Assembly (NCBI GenBank): GCA_964355565.1 | Contig: CAYHDJ010000002.1 | Span: 2,316-66,315 of the forward strand | Source of the DNA: an uncultured Enterobacteriaceae bacterium | GTDB taxonomy: Bacteria > Pseudomonadota > Gammaproteobacteria > UBA6186 > Azoamicaceae | Direction of reading: 5' to 3' | DNA: 64,000 nucleotides | Part shown: positions 33,731 through 43,357 of the stretch, piece after piece | Numbering within the stretch: the first letter of the stretch is position 1 | Layout of the letters: every line of letters begins with the position of its first letter | Notes under the pieces: model-generated | What the model was told of the DNA's origin: nothing | Databases searched by the model: none | The model's input: the letters and a program-made list of their open reading frames with translations, nothing else | Program-made: the position numbers and the translations under genes

Positions 33731-33759
33731 TTGTATTTTATAATATTTATTATTAAAAT
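33731..33759 (+). promoter_or_regulatory. Probable sigma70 promoter of tRNA-fMet-nusA-infB
   Basis: TTGTAT (33731-33736), 17 bp spacer, TAAAAT (33754-33759), ending 9 bp before the tRNA. Confidence 0.55.
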
Positions 33760-33768
33760 AACGACAAT

Positions 33769-33842
33769 CGCGGGGTGGAGCAGTTTGGCAGCTCGTCGGG
33801 CTCATAACCCGAAGGTCACAGGTTCAAATCCTGTCCCCGCAA
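33769..33842 (+). tRNA. tRNA-fMet(CAT), initiator (metY position)
   Basis: C1:A72 mismatch, three G-C pairs in the anticodon stem (TCGGG-CTCATAA-CCCGA); upstream of nusA; no CCA. Confidence 0.97.
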
Positions 33843-33909
33843 AATTTTTGACTACATGATTATAAAATGCATCTAAATACGCACATTTTTTGATTACGAG
33901 ACAAACTTA

Positions 33910-34950
33910 ATGAATAAAAAAATTCCACTAAAATCGATAGTCAATAGTGTTTCAAATGAAAAAGGTATTTCAAAAGAAATAATTTTCGATGCAATAAAAG
34001 AAGCTATATTATTCGCAACAAAAAAAAAATACAAAATGCTAAATGTAGAAACCACTCTCGATCAAGACACAGGTTCATATAAAACTTATGCCATATATAA
34101 TGTAACAGATGATATTCAAATTTATAACCCATTCCAAGACATACCACTTACACAAGCTAAAAAATACAATCCAAATATAGAAATCGGTGGCACAATTAAA
34201 AAAGAAATAGAATCAATAACTTTTGGTAGAATAGATGCTCAAATTGCTAAGCACATTATAATAAAAAGAGTAAAAAACGCAGAAAAAGACCTAACAACAA
34301 AAGATTTTTATAAAAATCGTGGCAAAATATTAATTGGCATAGTTAAAAAAATAACAGATGAAGAGATAATTATAGCACTAAATAATAATAAAGAAGGCAT
34401 AATTAAAAAATTAGACTTAATTCCAACTGATATGTTCAAGTCAGGCGACAAAATAAAAGCATGCCTCATAGATACAACCAACCATGACACAGAATTAAAA
34501 CTTAGTCGAATATCAAATGATATGTTAATAGAATTACTAAAAATAGAAGTTCCTGAAATAAAATCAGGGTTAATTGAAATAAAAGACATTGTAAGAAACC
34601 CAGGTATTAGATCAAAAATATCAATAAAATCAAATACAAAAAATACAGATCCAATAAGAACATGCATTGGACACAGAGGTATAAGAATACAAAACATATC
34701 ACAAGAGTTATGTGGAGAAAAAATAGATATAATAAAGTGGGACAAAAACATTTTTCAATATATAGTAAATGTATTTTATCCAATAGAAATAAAATCAATA
34801 GAAATAGACGAAAAAATTAAACTAATCAATATATCTGTGCTAAAAGAACACCTATCAAAAATAATAGGCAAACATGGTCAAAATACAAAACTAATTACTA
34901 GACTAATAAAATGGAATTTAAACATAAATGAATTTTTAAAGGAAAAATAA
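33910..34950 (+). CDS. nusA: Transcription factor NusA (no AR1/AR2 domains)
   Basis: VSNEKG, FGRIDAQIAK, EVPEI, RNPG.RSKI, CIG.RG.RI, ELCGEKIDII. Confidence 0.95.
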   Translation: MNKKIPLKSIVNSVSNEKGISKEIIFDAIKEAILFATKKKYKMLNVETTLDQDTGSYKTYAIYNVTDDIQIYNPFQDIPLTQAKKYNPNIEIGGTIKKEIESITFGRIDAQIAKHIIIKRVKNAEKDLTTKDFYKNRGKILIGIVKKITDEEIIIALNNNKEGIIKKLDLIPTDMFKSGDKIKACLIDTTNHDTELKLSRISNDMLIELLKIEVPEIKSGLIEIKDIVRNPGIRSKISIKSNTKNTDPIRTCIGHRGIRIQNISQELCGEKIDIIKWDKNIFQYIVNVFYPIEIKSIEIDEKIKLINISVLKEHLSKIIGKHGQNTKLITRLIKWNLNINEFLKEK

Positions 34951-34956
34951 ACGCAT

Positions 34957-36459
34957 ATGCACAACAAAGAAACGATAAATACTCGTCCACCAATAATAAC
35001 AGTAGCTGGACACATTGATCACGGAAAAACTACACTACTAAATTATATAAGGCAAATTAAAAATCCAGAAAAAGAATATGGTGGAATAACACAACATATT
35101 CATGCTTACAACATTCAAACGCCATACGGAAATATGACTTTAATAGACACGCCAGGACATTTTGCTTTTAATTCAATAAGAATAAATAGCATACAACACA
35201 CAGACATAATGTTGTTGGTTGTATCAATAGATGATGGAATTAAACCACAAACTATTGAATCTATAGAAACAGCAAAAAAATATAATATACCAATAATAGT
35301 GGCAATAAACAAAATAGACAAACACGAATCAGAAAATAAAAAAGATAAAATAATAAATGATTTAGTAAAATTTAATTTGATACCAGAAACATGGGGCGGA
35401 GATGCGTTCTTTTCATTTATATCAGCAAAAACTGGTGAAGGCATAACAAGTTTACTAGAAAATATACATATTCAATCAGAAATGTTAAATTTAAAAGCTA
35501 ATTTGGACGTGCCTGGTGAAGGCATTATTTTAGATAATACAATAGATAATAAAAAGGGCACTCTAACTTCACTAATATTATTAAAAGGCAAATTAAAAAA
35601 AGGCGATATAATAAAAACAAGCACAGAATATGGAAAGGTAAAATTAATAACAGATGGTAATAAAATAATACATACAGCTACTCCATCTATGTACATTCAA
35701 GTAACAGGCCTTCAAAGTAATCAAAAAATAGGCGACCATTTCATAGTTGCTGAGAAAAATGCAAAAAAACATATATCATATGAAAAAAACACGCCAGACA
35801 TAGATATCAAAAAAACAAACATAGAAGATTTAATGAAAAAATTAATGAGCAACGATGAAAAAAAAATAAATTTAATAATAAAAGCTGACGTGCAAGGATC
35901 TATACATGCATTAAAAGACTCAATAACAAACTTATCAACCACTAACATAAAAATTAATATAATAAAAATAGGCATCGGCACAATAAATAAATCAGATATT
36001 GATTTAGCAGTCACAACTAAATCAATATTGATTGGGTTTAACATAAAAGCAAATCACCAAATAATTAAATTATCCAAAACAAATAATATTAAAATTAATA
36101 TATTTAATGTAATTTATGATGTACTGGATCATATAAATGAGTTAGTGCAAAAATTACTACTTCAAGATCAAAAAGAAACCGTCATAGGCACAGCTGAAGT
36201 TAAAAAAATATTCAACCAAGACTTAAAAATAGTTATAGCTGGATGTGTCATAGTACAAGGTAAAATTAAACAAAACGCTATTATTAAAATATTTAGAAAA
36301 AATAATTTAGTTTATAAAGGTTCTATACAATCAATAAAGGTATTTAAAAACACAGTCCACGAAGTGTCAACAGGTACTGAATGTGGAATAAGCATAAAAG
36401 ATTATAATAACATACAAATAAATGATAAAATTAAAGCATATTCAAACTCTCAAGACTAA
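34957..36459 (+). CDS. infB: Translation initiation factor IF-2 (N-terminal domain absent)
   Basis: RPPIITVAGHIDHGKTTLL, GGITQHI, DTPGH, KADVQGS, GTECGI. Confidence 0.96.
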   Translation: MHNKETINTRPPIITVAGHIDHGKTTLLNYIRQIKNPEKEYGGITQHIHAYNIQTPYGNMTLIDTPGHFAFNSIRINSIQHTDIMLLVVSIDDGIKPQTIESIETAKKYNIPIIVAINKIDKHESENKKDKIINDLVKFNLIPETWGGDAFFSFISAKTGEGITSLLENIHIQSEMLNLKANLDVPGEGIILDNTIDNKKGTLTSLILLKGKLKKGDIIKTSTEYGKVKLITDGNKIIHTATPSMYIQVTGLQSNQKIGDHFIVAEKNAKKHISYEKNTPDIDIKKTNIEDLMKKLMSNDEKKINLIIKADVQGSIHALKDSITNLSTTNIKINIIKIGIGTINKSDIDLAVTTKSILIGFNIKANHQIIKLSKTNNIKINIFNVIYDVLDHINELVQKLLLQDQKETVIGTAEVKKIFNQDLKIVIAGCVIVQGKIKQNAIIKIFRKNNLVYKGSIQSIKVFKNTVHEVSTGTECGISIKDYNNIQINDKIKAYSNSQD

Positions 36460-36461
36460 AC

Positions 36462-36535
36462 TATACCTGAGAGGAATCGAACCTCCATCTATTAAATTCG
36501 GAATTTAATGCTTTATCCAATTAAGCTACAGGTAC
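36462..36535 (-). tRNA. tRNA-Arg(CCG)
   Basis: Reverse complement GTACCTG...CAGGTAT-A, D-stem GCTT/AAGC, anticodon arm TTAAA-TTCCGAA-TTTAA, GGAGG-TTCGATT-CCTCT; no CCA. Confidence 0.92.
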
Positions 36536-36541
36536 AAAGTA

Positions 36542-36784
36542 TTACTTAAAATGATCCTTGCTACAATAAAACTTACCATCATTTGTATATGCTTCATCTT
36601 TAGACATATAAATACCACATTTATCACATTGTAACATTTTAACAGCGATGTCTGAAACATTTTTGTCTTGTAAATCTCTTTTTTTTTTTAAATAAAAAAA
36701 TAAAAAATTCACACAAGACGTAAGTGCTTGAACAACAAACAATACAAACAACATATAAATAATTGCTTTTATAACACCAATCAT
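36542..36784 (-). CDS. Small membrane-anchored protein with C-terminal CxxC...C..H metal-binding motif (PP0621-like, from recall)
   Basis: N-terminal TM, then MLQCDKCGIYMSKDEAYTNDGKFYCSKDH; start set at ATG 36784. Confidence 0.7.
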   Translation of the reverse strand: MIGVIKAIIYMLFVLFVVQALTSCVNFLFFYLKKKRDLQDKNVSDIAVKMLQCDKCGIYMSKDEAYTNDGKFYCSKDHFK

Positions 36785-36855
36785 AAAAACTCCAAAACTA
36801 GAAAAAAATATTAAAATATAATAGAATAATAGCAAAATAACAAAAAGAAATATAT

Positions 36856-37056
36856 ATGCCAATATATGAATATCTATGTGAACAATGCAATTACATAATG
36901 GAAAGACTAGAAAAAATGACCAATGATAATAAAAACAAAACATGTCCAAAATGTAAATCTGATAAATTTAAAAAAATAATGTCAGCATCTAATTTTAGTT
37001 TAAAAGGCAAAGGATGGTATAAAACAGACTACAAAAAAATTTCAGAAGAAATTTAA
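36856..37056 (+). CDS. FmdB-family zinc-ribbon protein
   Basis: MPIYEYLCEQC...CPKC....KKIMSAS.F.LKGKGWYKTDY. Confidence 0.88.
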   Translation: MPIYEYLCEQCNYIMERLEKMTNDNKNKTCPKCKSDKFKKIMSASNFSLKGKGWYKTDYKKISEEI

Positions 37057-37064
37057 CAAAATCA

Positions 37065-37724
37065 CTACTTTTCTCCAACAGTTATCCTGTTAATTCCAAG
37101 CATATCATTATAGGTATAAACATTAACAAAACCAGCAATCATCATAGCTTGTCTTATATCTTTAGCTTGACAATATCCATGTTCTAAAATAACGAAACTA
37201 TTTTTATCAATAGAATCAAAAGTTTTATTTACTAATAAAAATAAACCACTAAGGCCAGAACACCCAGAAACCAATGCATCCTTACACTCAAAAGAAAACT
37301 CATCAAAAAAAAACTTAAAATCGCTAAAAGATAAGTATGGTGGATTACAAACAAACAAATTAAAATTTTTAAAAGAGAGCAATAAAAAATACCAATCACA
37401 CTGAACAACATAAAAATCTTTATTTTTTAAAAAAAAATAATTTTTATAAAATAAAAAAATTGCATAATTTTTTATATCAAGACTTAAAATACTTAAATTA
37501 ACAAAATTAAAAAAAAGGCAACTTAAAATCCCAGATCCACATCCAACCTCCAACACCACCAGATTTTCAAAATCAAAAAAATTACGTACAATGCAAAAAA
37601 AAACACCACTCTCACTACGAGGTAATAATATAGGAAAAGCGACAAAATAACAACTAATAAAAAAAAATCTATGCCCAAACAAAAAATTCAAATTAAAAAA
37701 AAACACTAATCTATAAAAAATCAT
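37065..37724 (-). CDS. prmC: Release factor glutamine methyltransferase PrmC/HemK (N-terminally short, diverged)
   Basis: LLPRSES, LEVGCGSG, NPPY, LEHGY.QA; directly after prfA. Confidence 0.88.
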   Translation of the reverse strand: MIFYRLVFFFNLNFLFGHRFFFISCYFVAFPILLPRSESGVFFCIVRNFFDFENLVVLEVGCGSGILSCLFFNFVNLSILSLDIKNYAIFLFYKNYFFLKNKDFYVVQCDWYFLLLSFKNFNLFVCNPPYLSFSDFKFFFDEFSFECKDALVSGCSGLSGLFLLVNKTFDSIDKNSFVILEHGYCQAKDIRQAMMIAGFVNVYTYNDMLGINRITVGEK

Positions 37725-37727
37725 AAA

Positions 37728-38768
37728 CTATTTTAATTGATCTAATAACAACCATAATTTTCCAGACATGATATCACTCAATTTATGTACAGTGAAATTA
37801 TTTCTATGATCAGTAATCCTATTGGAATTATAATTATATGTTCGTATTTTCTCAGATCTAATGCCAGTCCCCACTAAACGCTTTCTATAATCATCAATTT
37901 CATACTTTTGTTTATTTTTTTCAAAAATTAACAACCTAGATTTTAATAAAGATAACGCTTTTTGTTTATTCTTATGCTGAGATCGTTCGTCTTGACACTC
38001 AGCAACTATACCACTAGGTTTATGTGTCACTCTAACAGCAGAGTCAGTTACATTAACGTGTTGTCCACCAGCTCCGCTAGCCCTATAAGTATCAATTCTC
38101 AATTCACTAGGCTCTATAACAACATCATCAACTAATTCTAATTCAGGAAGTATAGCAATACTGCATGTAGAAGTATGTATCCTACCACGAGTCTCAGTTT
38201 TAGGCACTCTCTGAACTCTATGTACACCTGACTCATTCTTCATATTTTCAAATACACCTATGCCCAATACTCGTAAAATTATTTCTTTATAGCCACCACA
38301 ATTACCATAGCTAAAACTCATCACCTCAACACGCCAATCTTTATGCAAAAAATAATTAAAATACATCTTAAATAAATCTTCAGCAAAAATAGCAGATTCA
38401 TCTCCACCAGTAGCAGCTCTAATCTCAATAAAAATATTATTAATATTCTCATTTTTGGGCGTAAAAAAATCATTAATTTCAGACTCTAATATTAGTTTCT
38501 TTTCTTCCAATAACCTTGCTTCAACTATAGCCATACGACGCATATCATAATCATCATCAATTAATAACGATTGAATATTAATGATGTCTTTGCAAATCTG
38601 ATTGTATTTAATAAAACGCAAAACAATATTTTTCAATGAAGAATATTCTTTTGAGAGATCTAAAAACGCACCACTATCGCCTAATATATCAGATTCAGAC
38701 AATTTTTGCTCTATAAAATTATACCTAATTAAAATTTTCTCTAATTTGTCTAAAGTAATAGAATCCAT
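37728..38768 (-). CDS. prfA: Peptide chain release factor 1
   Basis: [14 protein letters not shown] (PxT motif), [17 protein letters not shown]. Confidence 0.97.
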   Translation of the reverse strand: MDSITLDKLEKILIRYNFIEQKLSESDILGDSGAFLDLSKEYSSLKNIVLRFIKYNQICKDIINIQSLLIDDDYDMRRMAIVEARLLEEKKLILESEINDFFTPKNENINNIFIEIRAATGGDESAIFAEDLFKMYFNYFLHKDWRVEVMSFSYGNCGGYKEIILRVLGIGVFENMKNESGVHRVQRVPKTETRGRIHTSTCSIAILPELELVDDVVIEPSELRIDTYRASGAGGQHVNVTDSAVRVTHKPSGIVAECQDERSQHKNKQKALSLLKSRLLIFEKNKQKYEIDDYRKRLVGTGIRSEKIRTYNYNSNRITDHRNNFTVHKLSDIMSGKLWLLLDQLK

Positions 38769-38773
38769 AATAA

Positions 38774-39433
38774 CTAATCTAAAAACCAATTGATTTCTTT
38801 TTCTTTCAACATTTTTAAACTAAAATTAACTTTAGAAAAATGCCTAGATCCAAAAAAACCGTTTTTAGCAGACATTGGTGATGGGTGTGCGGCTGTAAAT
38901 ACAATGTTTTTATCAATATTTATAAACTCACTCTTTTCAAAAGCACTTCTTCCCCATAACAAAAAAATAACAGATCGTTCAGACTCAGACAATAATTTGA
39001 TAACAAAATTAGTAAAAAACTCCCATCCAATATTAAAATGTGATCCAGGGCTGCCAGCCTCAACTGTTAAAACTGTATTTAATAATAAAACACCCTGCCT
39101 TGCCCAATTAATTAAATTACCATATTTAGACGGTCTCAACCCCAAATCATCAAATAATTCTTTATAAATATTTAATAATGAACCAGGCAAACTACCACTA
39201 AAACTAGAAAAAGCTAACCCATGAGCCTGCCCATGATTGCAATATGGATCCTGTCCAATTATAACAACTCTAACCTTATCAAATGGTAAAACATTAAAAC
39301 AAAAAAAAACTTCATCATTAGATGGATAGATAATTTTAGATTCACGCCTTAAATTAACAAATTGATATAAATCCTTAAAATAATTTTTTAAAAATTCATT
39401 ATGTAATTTATAAGCCCATGATTTTTCTGTCAA
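38774..39433 (-). CDS. ung: Uracil-DNA glycosylase (family 1)
   Basis: [32 protein letters not shown] start at 39433 because the longer ORF overlaps tRNA-Leu. Confidence 0.95.
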   Translation of the reverse strand: MTEKSWAYKLHNEFLKNYFKDLYQFVNLRRESKIIYPSNDEVFFCFNVLPFDKVRVVIIGQDPYCNHGQAHGLAFSSFSGSLPGSLLNIYKELFDDLGLRPSKYGNLINWARQGVLLLNTVLTVEAGSPGSHFNIGWEFFTNFVIKLLSESERSVIFLLWGRSAFEKSEFINIDKNIVFTAAHPSPMSAKNGFFGSRHFSKVNFSLKMLKEKEINWFLD

Positions 39434-39456
39434 CTTAAACACAAAACAATTCCAAA

Positions 39457-39542
39457 TACCGAGAGAGAGACTCGAACTCTCACGATTAATAAAAATCAAT
39501 AGATTTTGAGTCTATCGTGTCTACCAGTTCCACCACCCCGGC
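39457..39542 (-). tRNA. tRNA-Leu(CAA)
   Basis: Reverse complement GCCGGGG...TCTCGGT-A, ATAGA-CTCAAAA-TCTAT anticodon arm, long variable arm; no CCA. Confidence 0.95.
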
Positions 39543-39628
39543 ATTAATACATAAATATATTAACATAAAAAACATTTATACACAAAAAAAAATAATTATA
39601 CATAGTTTAACATAGAAAAAAAAAAAGC

Positions 39629-39644
39629 ACTATTGTACAATAGT
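39629..39644. repeat. Perfect 16-bp palindrome ACTATTGTACAATAGT in the divergent tRNA-Leu/yajC intergenic region
   Basis: Directly visible; contains TACAAT on both strands. Confidence 0.8.
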
Positions 39645-39674
39645 AGCTACACATTAAAAACTCAAAGGGCAAAA

Positions 39675-40025
39675 ATGCAAAGCATACTAGTATTATTATT
39701 GATACCAATTACATCACACGCCAATCAAAATACTAATGATTTAACAAATGGGTTAAGTTCTATATTGTTATTCATAGGACTATTTGTATTAATGTACTTA
39801 GTAATAATACGACCACAAACAAAAAAAGCTAAAGAACATAAAACATTACTAGACACCATCAAAATAAATGATGAAATAGTAACAAATAGTGGCATACTTG
39901 GAAAAATACTAAAAATAACAGATCAATTTATAATAATAGAAATACAAGATAAGATAAGCATAATTATAAAAAAAGAATTTATATCAACATTAATGCCAAA
40001 AGGCACAATTAAAAACATAAAATGA
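39675..40025 (+). CDS. yajC: Preprotein translocase subunit YajC
   Basis: MYLVIIRPQTKKAKEH, DEIVTNSGILGKI, PKGT; precedes secD-secF. Confidence 0.94.
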   Translation: MQSILVLLLIPITSHANQNTNDLTNGLSSILLFIGLFVLMYLVIIRPQTKKAKEHKTLLDTIKINDEIVTNSGILGKILKITDQFIIIEIQDKISIIIKKEFISTLMPKGTIKNIK

Positions 40026-41778
40026 CAACCAACAAAACTTCTATAATTATACTAATAATTTTCATATTAAGTATAATATATGCATATCCAAATCTGTACG
40101 GAGAAGATCCAGCAATAATAATAAAAAATAATACACAGACCAATGTTTTAAATAAAAAGTATATAGAAGAACTAAATATTAAAACAAAAAAAATAACCCA
40201 TAATAATCTAACTACTACATTAAGATTTAAATCTACAGACGAACAATTCAATGCATTTGAAAAACTTAAAGATGTACTAGAAAATACCGATATTTCACAA
40301 AATATTGTTCCATCTGATAAAATTAAATATTTAGAAAAAATAAAAGCTTACCCAATGAAATTGGGCCTAGATTTAAGAGGTGGCGTACATATAGTTGCTA
40401 AAATAAATACATTAGAAGAATTTAAAAAAAAGTTAAAAACAGAATTTTTTATTCTGAAAAAAACATTTAAAGAAAAAAATTTAAAATATAAAAATTTAAA
40501 AATAAAAAACAAAACAATAACAATGACATTTTTTTCAAATGAAGATAAAAATGCATGCATTGATTTGATAAAAACTTCTTCGCAAGATATTAAAATACTT
40601 AACAAAAATAAAAGTATTCTAATAGAATTAACAAAAAAATCAAAAATCAACCTTAAAAACGATATAACAAATAAAACATTATCTGTCTTAACAAACAGAA
40701 TAAATGAATTAGGCATATCAGAAACCGTAGTTCAAAAATATGGAAACAATAAAATAACAATAGACTTGCCAGGAATACAAAATATAGAATATGCTAAAAG
40801 CATGATAGGTAAAACAGCTACATTAAAATTTATGATGCTTGAATTAAATAAAAAACATAAAAATAAAACAATAATATTACATGACAAAAATAACAATAAA
40901 ATTGCATTAAAAAATAAAAACATATTAACTGGAGACTCCATAATATATGCCAGTAGCGGGTTTGAACAAACATTGAATAAACCTTGTGTAAATTTAAGAA
41001 TAGATAAAAAAAGTGCAGAATTATTTAAAAAAATAACAACAAAAAACATAGGCAAACCCATGGCTATTGTATATAAAGAAAAACTTAAAAAAAATAATAA
41101 GGAAGAAAAAAAGAAGTAATAATAAGCGTGGCTAACATCATGAGTCCGTTAGATGAACAGTTTCAAATAACTGGCTTAAATATGCAAGAATCAAAAGATT
41201 TAGCAATTTTACTAAGATCAGGATCATTACCAACGACAATATCAATAATAGAAGAAAAAATAATAGGGCCGTCACTAGGCGAAAATAATATAACAAACAG
41301 CATCAAATCATTGATAATATCATTAATAAGTATAATGTTTTTTATGATACTAAGGTACAAAAAACTAGGTATAATATCAAATATAGCACTAATTTCAAAT
41401 ATAATGTTATTAATAGCCAGTATGTCAATAATAGGTATAACACTAACATTATCAGGGCTTGCTGGCATAATATTAACAATAGGTATGAGTATAGATTCAA
41501 ACATTTTAATCTTTGAAAGAATCAAAGAAGAACAAAAAATAACATCTGACATAAATGCAATAGCAGACAAAGGTTTTAAAAATGCTATGTCTAGTATAAT
41601 AGATGCAAATATAACAACACTGTTAATGTCTTTAATCTTATTTATAATCGCTGGCGGACCTATAAAAGGATTCGCTATAGCGTTATCCATAGGTATAATA
41701 ACATCAATATATTCATCCCTATTTGTAACAAAAAATATAATTAAATTTTCAATAAAAAATAAAATAAAAATAATATGA
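40022..41778 (+). CDS. secD: Protein translocase subunit SecD, split into two frames (40022-41119 and 41101/41128-41778) by a -1 frame change near 41106-41113
   Basis: N part: YAYPNLYGEDPA, MKLGLDLRGG, RINELG, LPG, GKTATL. C part: LLRSGSLP, IGPSLG, GIILTIGMSIDSN, DANIT, GPIKGFA. Confidence 0.93.
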
Positions 41779-42632
41779 CAATAAATTTTGTAAAAAAAAG
41801 ATATATTTGTATAACAATATCACTTGTTATATGCCTATTGTCAATGTTATTAATTTTACAAAAAAAATTATCATTGGGGCTGGAATTTTGTGGAGGCACA
41901 GAACTAGAAATAAAAATTATCAAAAATATTAAAATAAATGAAATTAAACAAAAATTATCAAAAATTAAAAATATCAAAATAAATTATTATGGATCAGATA
42001 AAACTATTAAAATAAAAACAAAAAATATAAAAAACAACACCACAGAAATTAAAAAATTACTAAACGAATTAGGACAGGAAAATTTAAAAATAATAAATTC
42101 AACCTATATAGGCGCAGAAATAAATAAAGATACAATAAAACAAAGTATAATAGCAATAATACTAGCAATAATTTCTATGACAACATATTTAGCAATAAGA
42201 TTTAATGCAATATTCGCAACAAGCGCAATGATTACTCTATTTCATGATATATTAATAATTCTTGGAATTATATCAGTGTTAAATATAGAAGTTGATTTAA
42301 CAATACTTGCGGCCATATTCACAATATTTGGATATTCAGTAAATGATACAATAATAATATTTGATAGAATACGAGAAAATATAAAAATTTCAAAAAAAGA
42401 TACAAGTTTAATAGATATAATAAATATATCAATAAATAAAACACTATCACGAACAATAAGTACGTCATTTTCAACAATATTGGTAACATTTACTTTACTT
42501 TTATTTTCTGGTGAAAATTTATATTGGTTTTCATTTATATTAACCGCAGGTATAATAATCGGAACTTATTCATCAATTTATATATCAGCTATACCACTCA
42601 CATTTATTAAAAATAAAAATTATAGTAAATAA
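41775..42632 (+). CDS. secF: Protein translocase subunit SecF
   Basis: LGLEFCGG, HD, GYSVNDTIIIFDRIREN, TLSRT, GTYSSIY. Confidence 0.96.
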   Translation: MTINFVKKRYICITISLVICLLSMLLILQKKLSLGLEFCGGTELEIKIIKNIKINEIKQKLSKIKNIKINYYGSDKTIKIKTKNIKNNTTEIKKLLNELGQENLKIINSTYIGAEINKDTIKQSIIAIILAIISMTTYLAIRFNAIFATSAMITLFHDILIILGIISVLNIEVDLTILAAIFTIFGYSVNDTIIIFDRIRENIKISKKDTSLIDIINISINKTLSRTISTSFSTILVTFTLLLFSGENLYWFSFILTAGIIIGTYSSIYISAIPLTFIKNKNYSK

Positions 42633-42922
42633 AATATTAAAAACTTTTTGTAAAAAAAAAGAGAAAAGTCTGGACTCATGAAAACTGATGATAGTTAAAA
42701 TCTAATAATTTAAAAAATTATATTAAAATCAAGAAAACATACATATTAAAATTTGGTGAAAAAAATAATTTAAATATTTTTTCATAAAATGTTTAAAAAA
42801 AATCATCATGAGCAAGAATATAAAGAATATAAAATATTCAGGTAATTGGCAAAAATTTATTAAAAAAAATAAATAAGATAAATTATTAATAAAAAATAAC
42901 AAAATCCAGCTTATTATTTACT
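42624..42922 (+). ncRNA. rnpB: RNase P RNA (extremely AT-rich)
   Basis: GAGAAAAGTCTGGACTC (42661-42677) and AAAATCCAGCTTA (42901-42913) form P4 with compensatory changes; GAGCAAG present; AGTAAATAA (42624-32) pairs with TTATTTACT (42914-22) as P1. Confidence 0.88.
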
Positions 42923-42943
42923 TATGTTAAAAAAAGGTAATTT

Positions 42944-43354
42944 ATGACACAGCAAAAAACGTTACTTATAATTAAACCAGACATTGTAAAAAAACAATTA
43001 ATAGGGGAAATTATATCAATAATAGAAAAAACTAATCTAAAAATAGATAGTATACAAACAACTACATTAACTGAAGATACAGCAAAATCATTTTACGCAG
43101 AGCACAACAAAAAACCATTTTTTGAAGAATTAATATCATTTATGACATCTGATAAAATTGTAATAATAATTTTATCAGGCGAATATGTAATTCAAAAAAT
43201 ACGAACACTTATTGGTAACACAGACTTTAGAAAAGCTGAAAAAAATACAATAAGAGCAAAATATGCAACAAACATAACTGAAAACGCTGTTCATGCGTCA
43301 GATTCATATGAATCTGCTATAAAAGAAATAAAAATTATATCACAAATAATATAA
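42944..43354 (+). CDS. ndk: Nucleoside diphosphate kinase
   Basis: TLLIIKPD, FYAEH..KPFF, FMTS, TIRA, NAVHASDS. Confidence 0.96.
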   Translation: MTQQKTLLIIKPDIVKKQLIGEIISIIEKTNLKIDSIQTTTLTEDTAKSFYAEHNKKPFFEELISFMTSDKIVIIILSGEYVIQKIRTLIGNTDFRKAEKNTIRAKYATNITENAVHASDSYESAIKEIKIISQII

Positions 43355-43357
43355 AAT

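Noticed and set aside
39434..39499. N-terminal extensions in the ORF track (ung, rpoA, secY, rpsH, rsmI, rbfA, yqgF, 36542-36949)
   Set aside because: They overlap neighbouring genes or tRNAs; downstream starts match homolog N-termini and RBS positions.
41087..41094. A8 run as the secD slippage site
   Set aside because: Gaining one A here enters the -1 frame before the TAA at 41098-41100 and terminates, so it cannot restore SecD.
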